Source of the DNA: an uncultured Chloroflexia bacterium
Lineage (GTDB): Bacteria; Chloroflexota; Limnocylindria; Limnocylindrales; CSP1-4
Length of the DNA stretch: 64,000 nucleotides
Direction of reading: 5' to 3'
Assembly (NCBI GenBank): GCA_963770795.1
Contig: CAVYQR010000006.1
Coordinates: forward strand, 2,329-66,328
Position 1 is the first letter of the stretch. Every line of letters begins with the position of its first letter. The notes beneath the pieces were generated by a model. That model made no database searches and was not told where the DNA came from. It was given only the letters and a program-made list of their open reading frames with translations. The position numbers and the translations under genes were made by a program. Of this stretch, positions 19,164 through 28,503 are shown in pieces.

Positions 19164-19910
19164 ATGGGCAGCCCGTCGAACCCTGGCCCCGGTGCCACGC
19201 CGCCAGACCGCCACGCTCTGGTCATCGCCGACGGCGACGTCCCCGTCCGCGACGCGCTGGACGCGGCATGGCCCGGCTGGGATGCCGCGGTGGCGGACAT
19301 CGTTGCGGCGGATGGCGGGCTCGCTCGCGCCCACGCGATCGGCCTGAGGCCGGACGTCCTGGTCGGGGACCTGGACTCCCTGGACCCGGCGCTTCTCGCG
19401 GCGGCCGAGGCCGACGGGACTCCCATCAGGCGCGCGCGGGCGGACAAGGACGAATCGGATACGGAGCTGGCGCTGCTGGTGGCGATCGAGCGGGGCGCGA
19501 CGCGGATCACGGTCCTGGGCGCGTTCGGGGGTTCCCGGCTGGACCACGCGCTCGCCAACCTGTGGCTCCTTGCGCACCCCGCGCTGGCGCCGGCCGCGAT
19601 CGTCCTGCTGGACGAAGGCTCGCGCGTGTTCCTGGTCCAGGCTCCGGGCCCGGCTGGCCGACCGCTGACATGCGCCCTGCCCGGGCCTGGTGGCGCGACG
19701 ATCACGCTGCTCCCGTTCGGCGGTGACGTGGCCGGGATCACCACGGCCGGCCTTGCCTATCCGCTCCGCGACGAGCCTCTCACCGTGGGTCCGGCCCGCG
19801 GGCTCTCCAACGTCCGGACGGGCGCGGACGCCGCGGTCACGGTCCGGTCCGGCAGGCTCCTGGTGGTTGAGTCCGCCCTCGCGCCCGCCCGGCTATCCTC
19901 CCGGTCATGA
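19164..19910 (+). CDS. thiN: Thiamine pyrophosphokinase
   Basis: VAADGG, VGDLDS, KDESDTELAL, GAFGGSRLDH, GLSN motifs. Confidence 0.93.
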   Translation: MGSPSNPGPGATPPDRHALVIADGDVPVRDALDAAWPGWDAAVADIVAADGGLARAHAIGLRPDVLVGDLDSLDPALLAAAEADGTPIRRARADKDESDTELALLVAIERGATRITVLGAFGGSRLDHALANLWLLAHPALAPAAIVLLDEGSRVFLVQAPGPAGRPLTCALPGPGGATITLLPFGGDVAGITTAGLAYPLRDEPLTVGPARGLSNVRTGADAAVTVRSGRLLVVESALAPARLSSRS

Positions 19911-20392
19911 GCATGCAGACGGTCGGCGACCCGGCCCCCGAGATCGCACTCCCCGATGAGCATGGCACGCTCCATCGCCTGGCCGACCGCCGCGGCTCCT
20001 GGACCGTCGTCTACTTCTACCCGAAGGACGACACGCCCGGTTGCACGACCGAGGCCTGCCAGTTCCGGGACCTCCACGCGGACATCGAGGGGCTGGACGC
20101 CGCCGTCTGGGGCATCAGCCCGGACGGATCCGGGAGCCATGCAGCCTTCCGCGCGAAGTTCGGCCTGCCGTTCACCCTGCTGTCCGACGTGGACCACGCG
20201 GTCTCGGAGGCGTACGGTGCCTGGCAGGAGAAGACGAACTACGGCAGGACGTACATGGGGATCGGCCGCTCCAGCTACCTCGTGGACCCCGACGGCCGCA
20301 TCGCGGCGACGTGGCCGAAGGTGAAGGCCGACGGGCACGCCGCGCAGGTACTGGACGCCATCCGTGCCGCGCAGGCGGCGCGCGAGGCGTGA
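19907..20392 (+). CDS. bcp: Peroxiredoxin BCP/PrxQ
   Basis: YFYPKDDTPGCTTEACQFRD. Confidence 0.95.
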   Translation: MSMQTVGDPAPEIALPDEHGTLHRLADRRGSWTVVYFYPKDDTPGCTTEACQFRDLHADIEGLDAAVWGISPDGSGSHAAFRAKFGLPFTLLSDVDHAVSEAYGAWQEKTNYGRTYMGIGRSSYLVDPDGRIAATWPKVKADGHAAQVLDAIRAAQAAREA

Positions 20393-20405
20393 GCCGGGCA
20401 TGAAG

Positions 20406-20441
20406 AAGGTCCCGCTCGTGGGGGGAGACGAGCGAGACCTT
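20406..20441 (-). ncRNA. Hairpin with CTCCCCCC loop behind an extended -10 element (candidate tiny sRNA, or bcp terminator)
   Basis: Minus strand aaggtctcgctcgt-ctcccccc-acgagcgggacctt (14 bp with one G-U); TGC-TAGATT at 20457-20449. Confidence 0.4.
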
Positions 20442-20520
20442 GACCACGAATCTAGCACGCCGCGAACGTCCCGGTGACGGGGCTGCAACGCAACCGCAAC
20501 CTATCCCGCGAGGTCCACAG

Positions 20521-21322
20521 ATGCCCGAGATGAACGCCCACCGGTCGCACGCCTGGCGCCCGGAGCGCTTCATGGTCATCGTCGCTCACCCGGACGACGC
20601 CGACTTCGGGCCCGCGGCCACGGCCGCCCGCTGGATCGACGAGGGGTCAACCGGCTGGCTGGTGTGCTGCACCAGCGGCGATGCTGGCGCGGACGACTGG
20701 CGGGCGGACCCGATCGAACTGGCCATGCCTCCGGGAGGCCGAGCAGCGGGCCGCCGCGGACGTGGTCGGCTACGCGGGCGTCAGCTTCCTGCATCAGCCC
20801 GACGGGGCCGTGTCGAACGACCTCGCAATGCGCGAGCTGCTGGTCCGGGAGATACGCACGATGCGCCCTGACGCCGTGCTGGCCGTGGATCCGGAGACCC
20901 TGTTCTACGGCGACGGGGGGGTCAACCACGCAGATCACCGGACGGCCGGCCTCGCCGCAGTCGATGCCGTCTACCCGGCGGCACGGAACGCGATGGCCTT
21001 CCCCTGGCTCGCCCGGGACGGGCTGGAGCCGCACGTTGTCCGGCGTCTGTACCTCTTCTGGTCGAACCATTCGTCCGCGTGGGTGGACGTCACCGGCACC
21101 CTGGACCGCAAGATTGACGCCCTGCGTGCGCACAAGAGCCAGCTCCGCCATCCGGAGCGCCTGGAGCCGCGGATCCGTGCGTGGGCCCGTGAGGAGGGCG
21201 AGCAGATCGGGGTGGCGGCCGCAGAGGCGTTCCGCGTCATCGTCATCGAGGACGACGATGAAGAGGGGCCTACCCACGACACCCCGCCGGACACGGAGGG
21301 CGCCTCGCCCGGTCCGGCCTGA
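20521..21322 (+). CDS. PIG-L/MshB-family deacetylase (frameshift near 20726)
   Basis: AHPDDADF, TSGDAG in the first frame; NHADHR, KIDALRAHKSQ in the second. Confidence 0.88.
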
Positions 21323-21334
21323 GGGGAAGCCCGC

Positions 21335-23173
21335 TCAGTCGGTGGCGAGCAGCACCGCGCGGGCCCGGCCCCAGGCGTTCCAGATCTCCCCGAGACCATC
21401 GGCCTGCGGCCCGAGGGCGTCCACCACGGAGCCGAGGGCGAGGTCGTCCGTCCTGGTGGCGAGCCATGCGTCGGCGGCGACGTTCGCCCGGGCATAGAGC
21501 ACGGCGATCTCGGCCTCTCGGGGCCAGATCCGGATCCGCATGGGATCCAGGCCGGCGTAGCCCACGGCAAGCGAGAGGTCACGTGCGGCGGGTACCCGGC
21601 CGTCTGCGAATCCGCCGAGCCCGTCGAACCGGAAGCCGAGCGACGACAGCGCTCCCACGATCTCGCGACGCTCCCTGTGGGTGAACAGCTGCCAGAACGG
21701 ATCGTCGTCTGGGAGGTCCAGGAACCCCGCCTCGATCGCGCGTGCACCGATCGCGTCCACGAGAGCCGCGACGCGGAGCCTCCACGTGCCGACCGACGCC
21801 GGCTCGTCGCCGGCGAACGCGGCCGCAGCGCGCTCGCGCGCAGCCCGATCGCCGCGCAGCATGCGGATGATCACCGGTAGTCCGGCAGGGTCCGCTGCGG
21901 AGCCCTCGGGTGAGACACTGTCCGGGGCCAGGTCGGGCTCCGTGGGCCATGCGGCGGCGAGCGGATGCGGCGTCTCGGCGGGTTCCGGCTCGGCGCCATG
22001 AGGCTGGGCAGCCTCAAGGGCGAGCTCCTCGCACCGCGCCAGCTCCTCACGCGCGGCCCGGCAGCCCTGCTCGGCTGCCTCGGCGGTGATCCTCACGGCA
22101 TCAGCCTCGGCTGCCAGCCGCTCGAGCGCAGGCAGACGCTGGTGGAGCTCGGCCGTGGCCTTCTCGATGAGGAGGAGGGCTTTTCGGGAGTCCGTGTTGG
22201 CGCGGTCGATTGCGCCCAGCCAGTGACGGGCCGCCGCCTCGGCCTCGTCGGGAGTGCCCGCCTCCGAGCTCGCCTCCCGGTACGCCGCGTGGAGCTCGCT
22301 CTTCTTCGCGGCGACGGCACGGGGGTCCGAAGCCTCGCGGGCCTCGTCGATCCGCTCGCGAAGCTCATCGTGCGCCCGCCTGGCGGCGCGCGCGGCATCC
22401 GCCGCCGCATGCGCTCGCTCGCGCGCGCCCGCAGCCTCCAGGCAGCGCTCCTCGGCTGCGGTCCGGGCCGGATCACATGGGCCCACCGCCAGGGTGAGGG
22501 CGACCGGAACCGGTGATGCTGCCGGTGATGCTGCCGGGGATGGTTCGCGGCGCTCATCCGCGCCGCGCTCATCCGCGCCGCGCTCATCCGCGCCGCGCTC
22601 ATCCGCGCGGGGCTCATCCGCGCGGGCGATAGGGAACCCCACGGCGGCCGCGGCCGACGCTGGGCCAACCGCTCGTAAGGCTTGCGTCGATGCGGTCGCA
22701 GCGGCCGTTACGACCGCGGCCTGGGCCGACGGAGCAGGCACGGTGTCGCGCCAGGGGTTGCCGTTCATCGTGGATGAGACCCCGCCCAGCGGCGTCACTG
22801 GGCAATCGCCGATGACAGGCACGGCCACGGCGGTGGCGGCGAGCCTTGCCGGGGCGGATGGAACGCGTGTTCGCAACGACGAGGCTAGGGCCGGCGCCTC
22901 AGGGCCGGTGGTGACCGGGGCTCCGGGGTCGGTGTCGAATTCGTGCGACCAGGCCCCCTCGTCGGGGGAACCTGGCGGCGACGGGCGGTCACGGACCGCC
23001 ATCGGGTCCGCGAGCGTGACGGCTCGCCGCGCCCCGATCGAGTTCGGGGCGATCGTGATCCGGACCTCCCGCCGGGGGTCGGGTCGGGAGCGGACGGTCG
23101 CGAGGAACGCCGCGCCGAGCGCGCCGCCGAGGCTGAGGCCGAGGGCCAGGAAGGCGATCTCGGACGAGCTCAC
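21335..23173 (-). CDS. Large hypothetical protein: N-terminal TM, low-complexity linker, coiled coil, C-terminal globular domain
   Basis: 3' portion of ORF 21335..25279; start VSSSEIAFLALG preceded by GGAG; the rest of that ORF is antisense shadow. Confidence 0.7.
   Translation of the reverse strand: MSSSEIAFLALGLSLGGALGAAFLATVRSRPDPRREVRITIAPNSIGARRAVTLADPMAVRDRPSPPGSPDEGAWSHEFDTDPGAPVTTGPEAPALASSLRTRVPSAPARLAATAVAVPVIGDCPVTPLGGVSSTMNGNPWRDTVPAPSAQAAVVTAAATASTQALRAVGPASAAAAVGFPIARADEPRADERGADERGADERGADERREPSPAASPAASPVPVALTLAVGPCDPARTAAEERCLEAAGARERAHAAADAARAARRAHDELRERIDEAREASDPRAVAAKKSELHAAYREASSEAGTPDEAEAAARHWLGAIDRANTDSRKALLLIEKATAELHQRLPALERLAAEADAVRITAEAAEQGCRAAREELARCEELALEAAQPHGAEPEPAETPHPLAAAWPTEPDLAPDSVSPEGSAADPAGLPVIIRMLRGDRAARERAAAAFAGDEPASVGTWRLRVAALVDAIGARAIEAGFLDLPDDDPFWQLFTHRERREIVGALSSLGFRFDGLGGFADGRVPAARDLSLAVGYAGLDPMRIRIWPREAEIAVLYARANVAADAWLATRTDDLALGSVVDALGPQADGLGEIWNAWGRARAVLLATD
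22551..22625. repeat. 15-bp tandem repeat, about 5 copies (encodes ADERG)
   Basis: Unit cgctcatccgcgccg with two variant copies. Confidence 0.9.
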
Positions 23174-23482
23174 GGGTTCTCCCTTGTGGACCCTGGATCG
23201 GGTCACCGATCGTCCGCCAGCGTAGCTGCGCCACAGGTCGGCGTCAACCGTTCCGGACGCCCGAAGACAGCACCTCAGCCGCCCGTTCCCCGCTCCCGGC
23301 GAAGACGGGACCTCTCGGAGCACCCGCCAACAACCACCCGGACTCGGGCCACCTCCCACGCGAACCCCCGATCGCAGTGCACGCACGGCCTCGGCTTGGT
23401 AGATTCCCACGCGTCGGTGGCAAGACCACCGGCGGCTTCCCGTCGCCCTGCCGAGTCCCCGCAGAAGAGGCGTACCCCCTTC

Positions 23483-25318
23483 GTGACCCTCGACCAGACC
23501 CAGGAATTCCTCGTCCAGCCGGTCGACGCGTCCTGGCTCCAGTGCAACATCGAGTGCCAGGAGGCGTGCCCTGTCGGCACGAACTGCCGGGGCTACCTCA
23601 ATCTGGCCGCCGAGGGGCGGTTCGAGGAGGGGTACATCCTCGCCCGCGAGCCGAACCCCGTCGCGGCGATGTGCTCGTACGTCTGCTCGGCCCCATGCGA
23701 GCGCGCGTGCCGGCGCGGCGACATCGACCGCCCGCTTGCGATCCGCGCCATGAAGCGGTTCCTCGTGGAGTGGCACGAGGCGTCGGGCATTCCGGACATC
23801 ATGCCCGCGATCACGCCGCGCGAGGAGCGTGTCGCCGTGGTGGGCGCCGGACCGGCCGGTCTCGCGGTGGCCCGGGAGCTCGCGAGCCGGGGCTACCAGG
23901 TCACGGTCTACGACAGCCTCCCGTACGGCGGCGGCACGATGCTGATCGGGGTGCCGGCCTTCCGGCTCCCACGCGAGGCGATCGAGATGGATGTCCGCCT
24001 TGTGGAGCGTCTGGGCGTCACGTTCGTGTTCGACACCACCATCGGCATCGACATCCCGTTCACGGACCTCCAGCGAGACTTCGACGCGATCGCGATCACG
24101 GCGGGCGCCATGAACCCGGTGTACCTGGACCTGCCCGGCGCGGACCTCGAGGGCGTGCAGTACGGCATCGACTTCATGAAGAAGGCCAACCTGGGCCAGG
24201 AGCTGGCGGTCGGCCGCAACGTGGTGGTCATCGGCGGCGGCTACACCGCGATGGACTGTTCCCGCACCAGCCTCCGCCACGGCGCCGAGAATGTCACCAT
24301 CGCCTACCGCCGCACGCGGTCGGAGCTGGTGGTGGACGAAGAGGAGCTGGGCGAGACCGAGCGCGAGGGCGTGACCCTGGACTTCCTGGTCAGCCCGATC
24401 GAGCTGGTCGGCGAGGACGGCAGGCTCACCGGCGTGCGGTTCATCCGCAACAGGCTGGGCGAGCCGGATGCCTCGGGTCGTCGCTCCCCGGTGCCGATCA
24501 AGGGCTCCGAGTTCGTCGTGCCGGCGGACACCGTCATCCCGGCCGTGTCCCAGGCTGCGGACCTCAGCTTCCTGCCGGTGGACTCGAGCTTCGAGGTCAA
24601 CCGCGGACGACTCAAGGTGGACCCGGCGACCTATGCCACCAACATCCGTGGCGTGTTCGCCTGCGGTGACTTCGTGACCGGCCCCACCACCCTGATCGAG
24701 TCGGCCGGGCATGGCAAGAAGGCCGCCTACGCCATCGACCGGTACCTGGACGGGCGGACGGACGTGACCGTCACCCCGAACGTGAAGATCACCAGCTCCT
24801 GGCGCCACGACATGCCCGAGCTGTACGACGTCCTGCCGCGGCAGCACATCCCGATGGTGGATCTGCCGGCCCGGATGCCGTCGGTGGACCCGGCGGTGAA
24901 CTTCAGCACCCCGGTGGAGCTGGGGTACGACGCGACCGCGGCGGTGGCCGAGTCCACGCGCTGCCTCATGTGCAACTACAACATCTGGTTCGACCCGTTC
25001 CGGTGCGTGCTCTGTGGCGCCTGCGCCGACGTGTGCCCGGAAGGCGTCATCCACATGGTGGACGTGAACCAGCTCAAGACAGAGGGGCTGCTGCCCGAGA
25101 TCGAGGAGGCCTATGGCTGGTCGCAGGGTGCGGCCATGATCCTCGACGAGGAGCGATGCATCCGCTGCGCGCTGTGCGTCAAGCGGTGCCCCTTCGACGC
25201 CATCACGATGGAGCGCTTCGAGCTCCAGGAGATCTCGAGCGACGGGCGGCTCTACAAGGAGTCGTATCGTGACGCCCAACTCGCCGGGACGGCCGGCGTG
25301 GCAGGAGGAGCCAGGTGA
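23483..25318 (+). CDS. GltD/NfnB-like FAD/NAD(P)H oxidoreductase with N-terminal FeS domain and C-terminal 2x[4Fe-4S] ferredoxin
   Basis: CQEACP...[13 protein letters not shown]; GAGPAG; GGGYTAMD...YRR; GDFVTGP; [12 protein letters not shown] and [12 protein letters not shown]. Confidence 0.92.
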   Translation: MTLDQTQEFLVQPVDASWLQCNIECQEACPVGTNCRGYLNLAAEGRFEEGYILAREPNPVAAMCSYVCSAPCERACRRGDIDRPLAIRAMKRFLVEWHEASGIPDIMPAITPREERVAVVGAGPAGLAVARELASRGYQVTVYDSLPYGGGTMLIGVPAFRLPREAIEMDVRLVERLGVTFVFDTTIGIDIPFTDLQRDFDAIAITAGAMNPVYLDLPGADLEGVQYGIDFMKKANLGQELAVGRNVVVIGGGYTAMDCSRTSLRHGAENVTIAYRRTRSELVVDEEELGETEREGVTLDFLVSPIELVGEDGRLTGVRFIRNRLGEPDASGRRSPVPIKGSEFVVPADTVIPAVSQAADLSFLPVDSSFEVNRGRLKVDPATYATNIRGVFACGDFVTGPTTLIESAGHGKKAAYAIDRYLDGRTDVTVTPNVKITSSWRHDMPELYDVLPRQHIPMVDLPARMPSVDPAVNFSTPVELGYDATAAVAESTRCLMCNYNIWFDPFRCVLCGACADVCPEGVIHMVDVNQLKTEGLLPEIEEAYGWSQGAAMILDEERCIRCALCVKRCPFDAITMERFELQEISSDGRLYKESYRDAQLAGTAGVAGGAR

Positions 25319-26043
25319 GTTTCCTCGAGCGGGTCGACCAGTCCATCAGGCGCAGCCCCGTCTGGCGGTCGATCTTCCGCAACCCGTACCCCGACGACGA
25401 ACGGTCGCGGGCCTACGCGGTCATGAACAACGTGTTCCTGCACCTGCACCCCGTGCGGGTCAGGCAGCACGCGGTGAAGTTCGCCTACACCTTCTGCCTC
25501 GGTGGCCTGAGCTTCTTCCTGTTCCTCGTGCTGACCGTCACCGGCGTCTACCTGATGTTCTTCTACGTGCCTTCCGACACGCAGGCGTACTCGAACATCC
25601 TGGACATCCAGAGCAAGGTGGCGTTCGGCCTGCTGACCCGGAACATCCACCGGTGGGCCGCCCACCTCATGGTGTTCTTCGTCTTCCTGCACATGATGCG
25701 GGTCTTCTACCACGGCGCCTACAAGCCGCCGCGGGAGTTCAACTGGGTCGTCGGGGTGGTCCTGCTGTTCCTGACGATCATGCTCAGCTTCACCGGCTAC
25801 CTCCTGCCGTGGGACCAGATCGCGTACTGGGCCATCACCATCGGCACCAACATGGCCGGCTATGCGCCGCTGTTCAACACGCCGTCGAAGCTCCTCCTGC
25901 TCGGTGGCATCGAGGTGGGGCAGAACACCCTCCTGCGGTTCTACGTGCTTCACATCATGGTCTTTCCCCTGGTTGCCGCGATCTTCCTGGCCGTCCACTT
26001 CTGGCGGATCCGGAAGGACGGCGGCATCTCCGGGCCGCTGTGA
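25315..26043 (+). CDS. qcrB: Cytochrome b6-like subunit of a Rieske/cytochrome b complex
   Basis: FCLGG (heme ci-type Cys), [37 protein letters not shown]. Confidence 0.95.
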   Translation: MSFLERVDQSIRRSPVWRSIFRNPYPDDERSRAYAVMNNVFLHLHPVRVRQHAVKFAYTFCLGGLSFFLFLVLTVTGVYLMFFYVPSDTQAYSNILDIQSKVAFGLLTRNIHRWAAHLMVFFVFLHMMRVFYHGAYKPPREFNWVVGVVLLFLTIMLSFTGYLLPWDQIAYWAITIGTNMAGYAPLFNTPSKLLLLGGIEVGQNTLLRFYVLHIMVFPLVAAIFLAVHFWRIRKDGGISGPL

Positions 26044-26058
26044 GCCGAGGCTGATCTG

Positions 26059-26676
26059 ATGACCGACACCAAGCAGCCGACCGAGGGCCGCGTGGTCACG
26101 CCCGTCGATCCGGCGCGGCGCACGGAGATCGACAAGCAGCGGGTACCCATGTCGGCGCGGCCGTACCGCCTCCTGGCCCTGGTGAAGCAGGATGCGGTCG
26201 TCCGGGTCCAGAAGGAACCCGACGACACGGTCATGACCTGGCCGCACCTGCTCGCCATCGAGTTCATGGCCGCGGTCCTGATGAGCGTCTTCCTGCTCCT
26301 CATGGGCCTGATGATGAACGCCCCCCTCGAGGACCTGGCGAACGGCAACATCACGCCGGCCGTCGCCAAGGCGCCGTGGTACTTCCTTGGCCTCCAGGAG
26401 CTGCTGGCCTACTTCCACCCGACCGTCGCCGGCGTGCTGGTGCCGACGTTCGTGCTGGTCGGCGCCGCGCTCATGCCGTTCATCGATCGCGGCAACATCC
26501 GGGCCGTCCGTCCCTCGGACCGTAAGACGGCCGTGGTGCTGTTCTCGCTGTTCTGCGCCCTCGGGCTGTTCGTCACCTTCGTCGGGATCTTCTTCCGGGG
26601 CCCCGGCTACTCGTTCGTCATCCCGTACCTCGAGTTCTTCTCGATCGGGACGCCGGGCCTCCACTTCGCCCTCTGA
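26059..26676 (+). CDS. Cytochrome b subunit IV-like protein (PetD/QcrC N-terminal)
   Basis: WPHLL, KAPWYFLGLQELL (Qo-site equivalent), PFIDR; three TM helices. Confidence 0.9.
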   Translation: MTDTKQPTEGRVVTPVDPARRTEIDKQRVPMSARPYRLLALVKQDAVVRVQKEPDDTVMTWPHLLAIEFMAAVLMSVFLLLMGLMMNAPLEDLANGNITPAVAKAPWYFLGLQELLAYFHPTVAGVLVPTFVLVGAALMPFIDRGNIRAVRPSDRKTAVVLFSLFCALGLFVTFVGIFFRGPGYSFVIPYLEFFSIGTPGLHFAL

Positions 26677-26695
26677 TCGGAAGGGATCCGAGCGC

Positions 26696-27370
26696 ATGAG
26701 CAACTACCAGGTCGAACCGGCCAGCAAGCCCCAGGCGCTGACCACGGAGGCCCTCAAGGCCCTCCGACACGAGCAGGTCCAGGGCATCTCCCGGAGGGAG
26801 CTGCTCCGGGGATCGCTCGCGGCGGGCATGGGTCTCTGGCTGCTCGAGGTCAGCGCCGGCACGATCGGCTTCCTGTGGCCCAACCTCGCGGGCCAGTTCG
26901 GCGGCGACGTGCGCGTCGGCACGCTGGACGAGATCGTGACGGCAAACTCCACGCTGCCGATCAACGAGGGCTTCCCTGCGTACGTGTCCGCCGCGAAGGC
27001 GTTCGTCATGCTGGTGGATCCGTCCCAGCAGCGGTTCATCCCCGGCGAGGATCCGACCGGCGACGGAACCGACGTCAACGTCCGCGCGCTGTACCAGCGC
27101 TGCCCTCACCTGGGCTGCAAGCCCAACCCGTGCGTGAAGAACTTCTGGCTCGAATGCCCGTGCCACGGGTCCCGCTACGACCGGCTGGGCACCAAGGCCG
27201 CCGGTGCCCAGTACGGACCCGCGCCGCGCAGCATGGACCGGTTCGCGGTCCGCGTCGATCCCGACGGGGTTCTCATCATCAACACCGGGAAGATCACCCT
27301 TGGCCCGCTGCCCGTCGCGGTCGGCCAGCCCGGGATCGAGCCGCCGCTCACCCCCACCGGATGCATCTGA
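26696..27370 (+). CDS. qcrA: Rieske [2Fe-2S] protein with Tat motif
   Basis: SRRELL Tat motif plus TM; CPHLGC and CPCHGSRY boxes; GPAPR. Confidence 0.95.
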   Translation: MSNYQVEPASKPQALTTEALKALRHEQVQGISRRELLRGSLAAGMGLWLLEVSAGTIGFLWPNLAGQFGGDVRVGTLDEIVTANSTLPINEGFPAYVSAAKAFVMLVDPSQQRFIPGEDPTGDGTDVNVRALYQRCPHLGCKPNPCVKNFWLECPCHGSRYDRLGTKAAGAQYGPAPRSMDRFAVRVDPDGVLIINTGKITLGPLPVAVGQPGIEPPLTPTGCI

Positions 27371-27410
27371 TCCCGCCTCCCACCCGCCACTCCGCCCACC
27401 GAGGAGTCCG

Positions 27411-28499
27411 ATGACCGACCAGACCGGCCGCCAGCCCGAGGAGCGTCTCCCCGCGCCCCGGCCGTCGTCCGCGCCGGTGCCGGCCGAGCGCTTCTCGGCG
27501 CCTCCGTCTGCCCACCGCAACGACCTGTCACCCGAGCGTGCCGCGAAGATCGTCCGCCAGTCGGCCAGCGCGCGCTGGGTGGGCTTCCTCGCGGTGACGG
27601 TGGTCGCGTTGTTCGTGATCGGCTACTACTTCTATGAGACGGGGCTGCCGAACGGGTTGACGCAGTCACGCCTGGACACGGCCCTCGAGGGCCAGCAGGT
27701 CACCTCGGTGGAACGTGGCTACAACATCTACCAGGCGAACTGCGCCCAATGCCACGGCGTGGACGGCGAGGGCGGCAAGGGACCCCAGCTGAACCGCCAG
27801 GACAAGCTGTTCGCCCACCTCAACCCGGAGTACCTCGAGAACATCCTGGTGGCCGGCGGGCGCTACGCCTGCGGCAACCCGGCCAGCATCATGCCGATCT
27901 GGTCCAACACCGGGAACCCTGCAGGCCCGCTCAACTACAAGCAGATCGAGGACCTCATCGCGTTCATCCGGGCCGAGAAGGGCACCGAGTACCGGGTGAT
28001 GGATCCGGCCCTGTTCGAGCCGGTGATCGATCCCGCCACGGGCAAGGAGGTCACGTTCGAGGGCTGGGTGGATCCGGCCTACCTGCCGGAGCCCGGCGCC
28101 ACGCCGTTCCCGGGCTGCTGGTCGGACGAGTACAACGTTCCGGCGGCGTCGTCGGCGCCCGGGGCGTCCTCAGCGCCCGGCGCGTCGTCGGCGCCCGGCG
28201 CGTCGTCAGCGCCTGCCGGGACCGTCCTCAAGGTCGTCGCCTCGGGCATCGCCTACGACGTCAAGGAGCTCAGCGCCCCGGCCGATGCCGGGTTCCAGAT
28301 CGACTTTGACAACCAGGACGCGGGGATCCCGCACAACATCGAGATCAAGGACGCCAGCGGTACGAGCGTGTTCAAGGGCGAGATCATCACCGGCACCGCC
28401 GCAACGACGTACACGGTGCCGGCGCTGGCCGCCGGGACTTATCAGTTCGTGTGCACCGTGCACCCGAACATGATTGGCACGCTGAAGGTCGGGAGCTGA
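27411..28499 (+). CDS. Membrane-anchored cytochrome c fused to a C-terminal cupredoxin
   Basis: TM helix, CAQCH heme motif with distal Met (SIMP), ASSAPG repeat linker, PHN...CTVHPNM type-1 Cu ligands. Confidence 0.9.
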   Translation: MTDQTGRQPEERLPAPRPSSAPVPAERFSAPPSAHRNDLSPERAAKIVRQSASARWVGFLAVTVVALFVIGYYFYETGLPNGLTQSRLDTALEGQQVTSVERGYNIYQANCAQCHGVDGEGGKGPQLNRQDKLFAHLNPEYLENILVAGGRYACGNPASIMPIWSNTGNPAGPLNYKQIEDLIAFIRAEKGTEYRVMDPALFEPVIDPATGKEVTFEGWVDPAYLPEPGATPFPGCWSDEYNVPAASSAPGASSAPGASSAPGASSAPAGTVLKVVASGIAYDVKELSAPADAGFQIDFDNQDAGIPHNIEIKDASGTSVFKGEIITGTAATTYTVPALAAGTYQFVCTVHPNMIGTLKVGS

Positions 28500-28503
28500 C
28501 GCC

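Noticed and set aside
23174-25279. 5' two-thirds-length extension making the 1314-aa minus-strand ORF, and many other long Arg/Pro/Gly-rich ORFs
   Set aside because: Antisense or off-frame shadows of real genes, expected at high GC
28143-28215. ASSAPG and PT/PA tandem repeats (also about 13360, 31810, 39400, 51970)
   Set aside because: Ordinary low-complexity linkers of exported proteins
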